Source: Microcoleus sp.
Lineage (GTDB): Bacteria > Cyanobacteriota > Cyanobacteriia > Cyanobacteriales > Microcoleaceae
Assembly: GCA_042408215.1 (NCBI GenBank)
Contig: JAYFMW010000003.1
Coordinates: forward strand, 288,001-352,000
DNA length: 64,000 nt
Direction: 5' to 3'
Shown: piece after piece, positions 21,738-30,033 of the stretch
How positions within the stretch are numbered: the first letter of the stretch is position 1
Layout of the letters: every line of letters starts with the position of its first letter
The notes under the pieces: model-generated
Seen by the model: the letters and a program-made list of their open reading frames with translations, nothing else
Databases searched by the model: none
What the model was told of the DNA's origin: nothing
Program-made: the position numbers and the translations under genes

Positions 21738-22406
21738 ATGTCTGAATCCCGAAGACTTGAGGAAGCCGTAGACTTTGCCGACAATCCAGAGCCGCGCTGT
21801 CCCTGTATCCTGTTGCTAGACGTTTCCGGCTCTATGGGCGGCGCACCCATTAATGCCTTAAATGAGGGATTACGCATCTTCAGAGACGAGCTGAATCAAG
21901 ATGGCTTAACCAAGAAGCGCGTTGAAGTAGCTATTGTTACCTTTGAGAGTACAGTAAAGGTGGTTCAGGATTTTGTAACTGTCGATCGGTTTCAGCCACC
22001 AACCCTAGAAGTAGGAGGAGCAACATATATGGGAGCTGGAATTGACAAAGCTTTAGACATTCTTCACGCCCGCAAAGCCTTATATAAGGCGAATGCAATC
22101 GATTATTATCGCCCTTGGGTATTTATGATTACAGATGGTGAACCCAGTGACAATGATGTTGTCAATCGGGCGGCCCAACGGATTCGGGATGAGGAAGCTA
22201 GAAAAAAAGTTGCTTTCTTTGCTGTGGGTGTAGAAGGGGTGAATATGACGCGCCTCAGTCAAATTGTCGTCCGCCCACCTATGAAGTTAACAGGGCTGAA
22301 TTTTCAGGAGATGTTCCAATGGCTGTCAGCTAGTATGAGTGGAGTATCTCATTCTCAATTAGATGAACAAGTTCCCCTGCAAAAGCCCGGATGGGGTTCT
22401 GTTTGA
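21738..22406 (+). CDS. TerY/YegL-type vWA domain protein, copy 2
   Basis: LLLDVSGSMGG and YYRPWVFMITDGEPSD motifs. Confidence 0.9.
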   Translation: MSESRRLEEAVDFADNPEPRCPCILLLDVSGSMGGAPINALNEGLRIFRDELNQDGLTKKRVEVAIVTFESTVKVVQDFVTVDRFQPPTLEVGGATYMGAGIDKALDILHARKALYKANAIDYYRPWVFMITDGEPSDNDVVNRAAQRIRDEEARKKVAFFAVGVEGVNMTRLSQIVVRPPMKLTGLNFQEMFQWLSASMSGVSHSQLDEQVPLQKPGWGSV

Positions 22407-22660
22407 TGAAGTACGAAGTTTAGTTTAAGCCGATCGCATCCCATATTTAAAATCTTTTTCAGCGGAGGTACCAAGCCGAATTTTATTTTAAATTAAGGAA
22501 GATGTTTTGGTAATCCACCGCGTCAAACATCGAAAACTGGACTTAAGCATGGGATTCCAGAAACCGGGTTTTTTACGAAAAAACTTTGTTATAGCATCGT
22601 AGATTCAGTAAAAACCCGGTTTCTTCGGTCGGGGTGCGTCCAAAACCGGAGGAAATATCG

Positions 22661-22858
22661 ATGATTCCGTTACATCCTCAGTTTATTACCAAAAACGGTA
22701 AAAAAGAATTTGCAGTGATACCTTACCAAGAATTTGCAGCACTGCAAGCATTAATTGCTGATATGGAAGATTTGATGGATTTGAGAGCGGCAAAAGAGGA
22801 AGATGCAGATCGACCTTCTGTGCCGTTAGCAGAGGTGAAAAAAATGTTAGGATTGTAG
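22661..22858 (+). CDS. Phd/RelB-like antitoxin
   Basis: QFITKNGKKEFAVIPYQEF..L..EDL.DLRAAK; ggagg RBS. Confidence 0.75.
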   Translation: MIPLHPQFITKNGKKEFAVIPYQEFAALQALIADMEDLMDLRAAKEEDADRPSVPLAEVKKMLGL

Positions 22859-22880
22859 AGGGTTGTGGTGGGGAATTAGT

Positions 22881-25199
22881 ATGCAAGTCAAGCGTCAGTC
22901 TGATGGACAAGTGATTAATCTGGGGTCTGAGATAGCTCGTGGTGGTGAAGGGGCAATTCACCCATACCCTCCAGATGCGTCACTGGTGGCAAAAGTCTAT
23001 CACGCCAACAAGCTAAAAGATATTGATAGTGACAAACTTCGAGTAATGTTGACTAACCCCCCTGATGACTCAGTAAAAAAAGATCACGGGTGTGTCTCGA
23101 TTGCTTGGCCGGTTGATTTACTACTTTCTATTAATAGTAGTCAGTCAATCATTGGCTTCCTCATGCCGCGAGTGTCGATGCAGCAAGTGCGACCCATCCA
23201 CGATTACTACAGCCGTAAAACTCGCCGTGAGAAAAATCTCGGTTTTAATTACCTCTCCTTGCACCGCACGGCGCGAAACTTTGCAGCCGCGATGAGTGCT
23301 TTACACGCGAAACAGTATGTCATTGGCGATGTGAATGAGTCGAATATCTTGGTTTATGACACAGCGATGGTAACGCTGGTAGATACGGACTCTTTTCAAG
23401 TTCGCGATTCCCAACGGGGTAAAGTTTATCGCTGTCGGGTGGGGAAACCAGAGTACACGCCGCCGGAACTTCAGGGTCAAAAGTTTGCAGATTATGACCG
23501 CACGCCGGAACATGATTTGTTTGGGTTAGGGGTGTTGATTTTTCAGTTATTGATGGAAGGGACACACCCTTTTGTGGGAGTGTATCAAGGAAGTGGAGAA
23601 CCACCACCAACGGAGAAGCGGATTTTAGCAGGGCATTTTCCCCACGGAACCAAGAAAGTGCCTTATAACCATAAGCCAATGGCACTACCGTTTGAGGTGT
23701 TGCATCCAACGCTGCGGCAGTTGTTTGTATGCTGTTTTGAGGATGGGCACAGTAAGCCCCAAGCGCGACCTGATGCTCGGACTTGGATGAAGGCATTAGA
23801 TGAAGCAGAAAAAGCTTTGGTGAGTTGTGGGGTAAATTCTGAGCATCGGTATGGAGGACATTTGAGCGATTGTCCTTGGTGTGAGAGGAAAAAACAACTC
23901 AAAGGAATCGATCCATTTCCGGCAATGTCAGGGGGACAATCTCATATTCCTGTCCAAATCCCTTTGCCCCCTGCAAGCAAATCCAAACCTGTCACTTCGC
24001 CGACACCTACTCTGACTCCTGCTCCTACCGCGATTCCTTATCAGCCGATTCCTACCGCAACACCTACACCTCCATCTGGGAATATCCCTTCACCTAACAC
24101 CACAAGGCGCACTTTTTTAGAATTGGCGGGTTTTGCCGGAGGCGGGTTTATTGTTGCTGTGCTGAGTCAAACTCTTTGGAATAAATCTACTCCTTCTGCT
24201 AATAACCCATCTCCATCGCGATCGTCTAACCAGTCAGCATCTCCTTCATTATCCCCAGACGAGCGGCTACCGGAAAACCCATCGTCAACACCCTCAAATT
24301 CCTTAAAAACATTTCAATTTCAAACAGTAACGGTTAATTCCACCGGGCAAATCGCCAACACCCGCCAAGAAGAAGCCAAGTTTTTTACAGAAAATCTCCC
24401 CGGTGGTATCACTATAGACATGATCGCGATTGCTGGGGGCAGTTTCGTGATGGGTTCCCCCAGTACAGAAAAAGAGCGAGAAGACAATGAAGGGCCACAG
24501 CATAATGTCACTGTAGCCCCTTTTTTTATGGGAAAATATGAAGTGACTCAGGCTCAGTGGCGTGCAGTAGCAGGTTTACCGAAAGTAAATATTGACCTCA
24601 ATCCTAGTCCATCCAATTTCAAAGGCGATGATTTGCCCGTTGAGCAGGTTTCTTGGTACGAGACAGTAGAAGCTTGCGCGAGGTTATCTCGATTAACAGG
24701 GCGTGATTATCGCTTACCGAGTGAAGCGGAATGGGAGTATGCCTGTAGAGCAGGTACGACAACGCCTTTTTACTTTGGAGAAACAATTACCTCCGACTTA
24801 GTTAATTGTGATGGCAATGATTCTTACGGTGCTGCACCCAAGGGAATCTATCGTGAGAAGACAACAGATGTAGGCACTTTTCCCCCTAATGCCTTTGGTT
24901 TATACGATATGCACGGCAACGTCTGGGAATGGTGCGCTGATCCTTGGCACGGTAATTATAATGGCGCACCTACCGATGGAAGTGTCTGGGATAAAAAAGA
25001 TAATGATAATCGTTATCAAAAAAGCATTGATTTATTAATCATGTCAAGAAATGATGACAGAAGACGGCTGCTGCGCGGCGGCTCGTGTTTCAAGTATCCG
25101 CAGATTTGCCGCTCGGCCATTCGCGGCCTTCATGAGCCGGACAACCGCTACAACACCTTCGGCTTTCGTTTTGTCTGTGTGTGGCTGCGTGGACTATAG
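22881..25199 (+). CDS. YegI-like Ser/Thr kinase + Pro-rich linker + TM + FGE-sulfatase (CLec-fold) domain
   Basis: GGEGAI, IAWP, GDVNESNILV, DTDSFQ, YTPPELQG, CPWC. FGE motifs YEVTQAQW, RLPSEAEWEYACRAG, DMHGNVWEWC, RGGS..GFR. Confidence 0.92.
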   Translation: MQVKRQSDGQVINLGSEIARGGEGAIHPYPPDASLVAKVYHANKLKDIDSDKLRVMLTNPPDDSVKKDHGCVSIAWPVDLLLSINSSQSIIGFLMPRVSMQQVRPIHDYYSRKTRREKNLGFNYLSLHRTARNFAAAMSALHAKQYVIGDVNESNILVYDTAMVTLVDTDSFQVRDSQRGKVYRCRVGKPEYTPPELQGQKFADYDRTPEHDLFGLGVLIFQLLMEGTHPFVGVYQGSGEPPPTEKRILAGHFPHGTKKVPYNHKPMALPFEVLHPTLRQLFVCCFEDGHSKPQARPDARTWMKALDEAEKALVSCGVNSEHRYGGHLSDCPWCERKKQLKGIDPFPAMSGGQSHIPVQIPLPPASKSKPVTSPTPTLTPAPTAIPYQPIPTATPTPPSGNIPSPNTTRRTFLELAGFAGGGFIVAVLSQTLWNKSTPSANNPSPSRSSNQSASPSLSPDERLPENPSSTPSNSLKTFQFQTVTVNSTGQIANTRQEEAKFFTENLPGGITIDMIAIAGGSFVMGSPSTEKEREDNEGPQHNVTVAPFFMGKYEVTQAQWRAVAGLPKVNIDLNPSPSNFKGDDLPVEQVSWYETVEACARLSRLTGRDYRLPSEAEWEYACRAGTTTPFYFGETITSDLVNCDGNDSYGAAPKGIYREKTTDVGTFPPNAFGLYDMHGNVWEWCADPWHGNYNGAPTDGSVWDKKDNDNRYQKSIDLLIMSRNDDRRRLLRGGSCFKYPQICRSAIRGLHEPDNRYNTFGFRFVCVWLRGL

Positions 25200-25423
25200 C
25201 ACTTGACACTTTTGCCCTTTTGTGCTATGCACTTCTTTCTTTTACAGTTGGGTTGTCGGCAGAGGCGACTCGATTTATTTTCGCTCAAATCACTGTTGAG
25301 ACTGCTAAGTAGTAGGGTTCGTCGCCCGAAACAATCTGTAAATCAAATCAACAATCTCACAGCGACGTACCGCGAGAGTAAGTCATATCAAATCCGTCAG
25401 CATCCGCCCTTCACCTGCAATCG

Positions 25424-25627
25424 CTATATCTTTCTCACCGCCGTGTCCAACTCAACCATAAAAGGTTTACTGGTAACAGGTGAAGCTAACACAACTGCTG
25501 GATAATGCCCCACAGGAGGGTGCATAATTTCTCGATCGCCCAACACAGGAACTTCTACCGTATCAACTCCCGTAATAGTTTTTCTGAGCTTTACTACCCT
25601 GATTTTTTCGTGTCGAGAACCTAGCAT
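25424..25627 (-). CDS. Small hypothetical protein or gene fragment
   Basis: ATG preceded by a strong RBS (gaggagg); no recognised motif. Confidence 0.4.
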   Translation of the reverse strand: MLGSRHEKIRVVKLRKTITGVDTVEVPVLGDREIMHPPVGHYPAVVLASPVTSKPFMVELDTAVRKI

Positions 25628-25669
25628 AAAATAACCTCCTCTGTCAAGTATGAGATTAATACTTTTACT

Positions 25670-26461
25670 TTAAGCTTCCGGTTCAATTCCGAGCGATCGC
25701 AATTGTGCAGCTAATCGATCGCCTCGCTGGCGTTCTCTCTCCGATTGTGCTGCTAATCGATCGCCTCGCTGGCGTTCTCTCTCAGCGCGTTCTTCACCTA
25801 TTAACAACAGATTTCCTTGCAAATCCCACCAGCGCAGCCACGGCAATTCTACATTGAGATATTCGCCTTGCCAAATTCCCAACTCAACTCCCATTTGACT
25901 AATTGGGTAGTGTCCCCGTTCATTGGCAGCTAATAATTCAAAGCCATTTTCAACTAAATGATACAATTCAATGCTAGCTTTTTGAACTTCATAAATGCCG
26001 TAAAATGCCGGACGAATCACCTGTTCGTAAATCCAAAACTTGCCCGCTTTGCGATCGCCTTCATTGTCAGAAGAAGACAAAGGAGTATTGTCTCGTTCTT
26101 CTGAACCGTCCCCCGAAACAAATTCTAATATAATTAACGGCGCAACATATTCTTGCCACAACACGTAAGAACGCCGCATTTGACCATTCAATGCAGGCGG
26201 TACGTTAGGCACATAAAACCAGTCTGGCGCTTCTGCACCTCGCTCAAGCGGCTCAGTCAGTCGCCAGTAAATACCCGAATCTTGACCAATGCAGTATTGT
26301 CCATCGGGATGCAATTGCTGCAATACAGGTTTAATTGAATCAGTTAACAGTATGCTTTGAGGATGTTCTTGGAGATTTTTCACAAAAGTGCCGTCAGAGT
26401 CAGGTAATTGAGTGTGGTCTGGCAGAGTTAGACTTAATTTTGGGGCGGCAGTAAAAGTCAT
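25670..26461 (-). CDS. Uma2 family (PD-(D/E)XK) endonuclease-like protein
   Basis: APDWFYV, ILEFVSG and WLRWWD motifs; ERERQR..RLAAQLR tail. Confidence 0.9.
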   Translation of the reverse strand: MTFTAAPKLSLTLPDHTQLPDSDGTFVKNLQEHPQSILLTDSIKPVLQQLHPDGQYCIGQDSGIYWRLTEPLERGAEAPDWFYVPNVPPALNGQMRRSYVLWQEYVAPLIILEFVSGDGSEERDNTPLSSSDNEGDRKAGKFWIYEQVIRPAFYGIYEVQKASIELYHLVENGFELLAANERGHYPISQMGVELGIWQGEYLNVELPWLRWWDLQGNLLLIGEERAERERQRGDRLAAQSERERQRGDRLAAQLRSLGIEPEA

Positions 26462-26550
26462 ATTATGTCCGGTTGATTTGTTCGTTGAGAATCCGCTGCT
26501 CAGTAATTAATCCGTTAAATCAGTTACAAAATCTCTGAGAGTGCCTGACT

Positions 26551-28269
26551 TCATACTTGCATAGTCACCCGTTCCGGGAGGCTGACAATAAAAGTTGAAC
26601 CTTTACCATCCTGACTTTCCACACTAATTTCGCCGCCGAGAATTTGACACAAACGTTGGCTAATTGTCAAGCCCAAACCAGTACCTCCGTACTTGCGGGT
26701 AGTCGAGACATCAGCTTGAGTAAAAGGTTTGAATATCTGCTGCAATTGCTCGTCCGTCATCCCAATGCCGGTGTCGCTGACTCGAAAGATTAAAACTTGA
26801 GAATTGTAATTTAAGCTCGATAAAAGTTCATCATTATTTTTACTATGTTTAGTTGGTTTTGTTTTTTGATTTTTAATTCTTTCTACCCCAATAGTAATGA
26901 CACCTGCTTCGGTGAATTTGGCAGCGTTGCTGAGCAAGTTGAGGAGAATTTGCCGCACTTTTGGCTGGTCGGCGTACATCATACCGAGTTCGCCTTGGGT
27001 TTTTAATGCTAAAGCATTGCCTTTTTTTTCTACTAGCGGTTGAGCCGTGGTCATCACTTCTTCAATCATTTTTGCTACGTCGAAGTTTTCTAAATAAAGG
27101 GTGACGTGACCGGCTTCAATTTTAGAAATATCCAGGATGTCGCTAATCATATCCAGCAGGTGTTTTCCTGCGGTTTGAATTCTTTCTAAGTCGGGGAGAA
27201 AGTCTTCTGAACCGGAATCTTGAGCATCTTCTTGCAGCATTTCACTGTAATTAATGATCGCATTTAGAGGGGTGCGAAGTTCGTGGCTCATGTTAGCTAA
27301 AAATGCACTTTTGGAGCGGTTGGCTGCTTCGGCTGCTATTTTTGCTTCCTGCAAGTCTTCTGTATATTCTGCTACCCGCTGAATGAGTTCGTTGAGCGAA
27401 ATTGTGAGCATTCCTACTTCGTCGGAAGTAGTGACGGGTGCTTGTAGGTCAAAGTTGGATTCTTCGGTAACTCGCTGGGCGATGAGGGTGGTGGCTTCTA
27501 GGGGGCGGGCGATCGCACGGCTGGTGTATACCGCTAGAATTGCTGCGATCGCCGCTGATATGAAGAGAGAACCGATCAGAATTAGAGTTCCGAGTTGTTC
27601 TGCTTTCTCGTAGGTTCTAAATGCCTCGTCTGCTTTGTCCCGAAAACTGGTGGCTAGTTGGGCACAATCCTGGGAAAACTTTTCGAGTTTAAAAGCGTTG
27701 TTGCTAGTGACAAAATTGTTTAAGTTCCGCTGAAAATCTTGTCGCTGTTTCGGGTTCAAACCAGATAATTTCGCATTCCCCAACAGTTTCTGGACTTGTT
27801 GAAAATAAGCTTCTACTATTTTATTGTTGGCTTTAGCGAACACTTGAATCTGTTGGTAGTCTCTAGCAACTGCGGGATTTGAAGTCGGCGGGAGGCTTTG
27901 TAGTTGTTCGAGTTGTCCGCTCATCTGAGCCACGCGAGTCAGAAAGTCCGATCGTTCGCGATCGAAAATTTGCGGTTTTGTCGTCAGACTCACCAGCAAA
28001 AACTGGTGAATTCTGACTTCCTGGGCGGTATTATTGAGGTTGGTCAGGATTTCGGCTTTGTCCCGGTCGATCGCCAGTTTTTCTCTAACTTGCTGTTTGT
28101 AATAGGATTCTACTCCCCGTCCCGCCACAGCGCCCAAAATGGCAACACTAATGACCAAGGCGTATCCGCAGCCGATTTTCTGCCTGATACCCAAGCGACT
28201 GAACAGACCTCTCAACCCTATTCTATGAGGGTTCTGGAGTTTATTTTTCAAGATTAAGGTTAAAGACAT
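26551..28269 (-). CDS. Membrane sensor histidine kinase (HAMP-HisKA-HATPase)
   Basis: Two TMs, [36 protein letters not shown]. Confidence 0.93.
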   Translation of the reverse strand: MSLTLILKNKLQNPHRIGLRGLFSRLGIRQKIGCGYALVISVAILGAVAGRGVESYYKQQVREKLAIDRDKAEILTNLNNTAQEVRIHQFLLVSLTTKPQIFDRERSDFLTRVAQMSGQLEQLQSLPPTSNPAVARDYQQIQVFAKANNKIVEAYFQQVQKLLGNAKLSGLNPKQRQDFQRNLNNFVTSNNAFKLEKFSQDCAQLATSFRDKADEAFRTYEKAEQLGTLILIGSLFISAAIAAILAVYTSRAIARPLEATTLIAQRVTEESNFDLQAPVTTSDEVGMLTISLNELIQRVAEYTEDLQEAKIAAEAANRSKSAFLANMSHELRTPLNAIINYSEMLQEDAQDSGSEDFLPDLERIQTAGKHLLDMISDILDISKIEAGHVTLYLENFDVAKMIEEVMTTAQPLVEKKGNALALKTQGELGMMYADQPKVRQILLNLLSNAAKFTEAGVITIGVERIKNQKTKPTKHSKNNDELLSSLNYNSQVLIFRVSDTGIGMTDEQLQQIFKPFTQADVSTTRKYGGTGLGLTISQRLCQILGGEISVESQDGKGSTFIVSLPERVTMQV

Positions 28270-28429
28270 GGGCAATGTACTCGTTACCCAGAAAGGCACT
28301 ATATATATTGTAAGTGATGCCTGCCTGACGGTAAATAGAGTTGTTAATCCCACACCTGATTTCGTCAGTTATGGGTCTTTGCATAAGTCCGCCACCTTCT
28401 CTACTTGACAGTTTGCATAAGTTATGAAT

Positions 28430-28530
28430 GCAGTTAACTGTTAACTGTTAACTGTTAATCGTTGACTGTTGACTGTTAACCGTTGACTGTTAACTGTTAA
28501 CTGTTGACTGTTGACTGTTAACCGTTGACG
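28430..28530. repeat. Heptamer tandem repeat (actgtta/actgttg)
   Basis: About 14 units visible. Confidence 0.9.
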
Positions 28531-28586
28531 GTGAAATCCCCCGCACTTTAGTCCAGCGTATGAGCTTAAAAGTTGTAACTTTTCCT

Positions 28587-29108
28587 CTACTGGCAAAGTC
28601 GAAATTGTGCTAACTCAGCAGGAATTTTTGAAGCGTTAGGCACATTAGCAGAGGTAGGAACGAAGATTCCCATACCGAAACTGCAACCCTCTGCATTCGT
28701 GCATTCACCCGGTTTAGCAGTGATTTGATATTCGCCTTGGGACGGGGGAGTAAAAGAGATTGTCGCGAGTTCGCCAGCCTTTTGACTCGCAGCGATTTCC
28801 TGGCCACTCGCATCCTTGAGAGTTAGGTTTAAGTCCTTGCAATTTCCGTCGCAAGTACCTACAAAAACATACTCCACATCAGGATGCAGTGTCGCTCTAA
28901 AAGGAGATGAAACTTGCTTACGAACAGTACCGAATAATGGCACAAATACTAATTTTTGACCGTTGCTTTTCCGCTGTTGAACCTCTGTTTTCAAGCGACA
29001 AATAACCGTTTTTTGCTCGTTGGTCAGTTCTTGAGCGATCGCATTTCCTACGATTACAGTACCGAGCAGCAGTGCAAGGCCGGAGATAGTCAGATGTTTG
29101 ATGTTCAT
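28587..29108 (-). CDS. Secreted protein with PPC-like beta-sandwich domain
   Basis: Signal peptide (AIA); [16 protein letters not shown] and GEYQI motifs. Confidence 0.7.
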   Translation of the reverse strand: MNIKHLTISGLALLLGTVIVGNAIAQELTNEQKTVICRLKTEVQQRKSNGQKLVFVPLFGTVRKQVSSPFRATLHPDVEYVFVGTCDGNCKDLNLTLKDASGQEIAASQKAGELATISFTPPSQGEYQITAKPGECTNAEGCSFGMGIFVPTSANVPNASKIPAELAQFRLCQ

Positions 29109-29193
29109 CGATTGTCCCTCAAACTAATTTACGGGTGATTGCAATAGACTGCTTTTGCCAGCACTCTATTGTTATCTGGAGCCTACCACATTT

Positions 29194-29452
29194 ATTGGGA
29201 ATTGGGCATTGGGAATTGGGAATTGGGCATTGGGAATTGGGCATTGGGAATTGGGCATTGGGAATTGGGCATTGGGAATTGGGCATTGGGAATTGGGCAT
29301 TGGGGATTGGGAATTGGGCACTTGTGCTGAGCGTAGTCGAAGTACGAAGTCGAAGTATCGGAAATTGGGCATTGGTAAAGTCTCACAAATAACAAATAAC
29401 AAATCACAAATAACCAGTGACTAATGACTGCTGACTGATGACTAATGACTAA
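29194..29452. repeat. STRR heptamer tracts with an embedded ctgagcgtagtcgaag element
   Basis: ttgggaa/ttgggca run of about 18 units, then caaataa and tgactaa tracts. Confidence 0.9.
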
Positions 29453-29453
29453 A

Positions 29454-29988
29454 TCATTTCTTGCGAAAATCCCAAGCTGGAACAAACTTTGAATCTCCCC
29501 AAACGCCTCGGCGATTTTTCTTAGCTTCGGCTTCGGCTTGTTCCAGAATACTTGCACTCGGACATTTTTTCAAGTAAGGACGGTAGACCATTGCTAGTCC
29601 TTCGCGGGTCAAAAGTTCTTGTACAAATGTGCCGTTTTGCAAGCGAACTTCGCTGACTTGGCGGCCATAGCGATCGGTATCTGTGACGGTCAAAACTACC
29701 CGATCGCCTCCTTTTTTTACTAGCTGCTGTGTTCTTTGCAGCGCTAGCATTCCCCACTTAAATTGATTTTTTTGTGCAGATTCTTTGCTATTTTTTTCAG
29801 CATTTGTGTGGGGAATTTCCGGTGCATCTATGCAGGCAAAACGCACTTTGATATCTTTACCAGCAGCATCGCTGGCGACAAGAGTGTCGCCGTCGCTGAC
29901 TCGTTTTACAGCATAGTTATTCGCTGCGTACTTTTTGTGGACACCCGAATAGTAGCAATAGCATACTTACTGTAATCAAGCTTTTCAT
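29454..29988 (-). CDS. Thermonuclease (SNase) family lipoprotein, frameshifted near 29925
   Basis: MKSLITVSMLLLLFGC lipobox in one frame; VSDGDTL..VRFACIDAPE..DRYGR in another. Confidence 0.8.
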
Positions 29989-30033
29989 TGTTTGGGAAAT
30001 TGTGATTTTTCTTTGACTCATCTTGCTCGGTTT

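Noticed and set aside
29135..29557. Overlapping ORFs with GIGHWEL / PMPNSQ repeats
   Set aside because: They are translations of heptamer STRR tracts.
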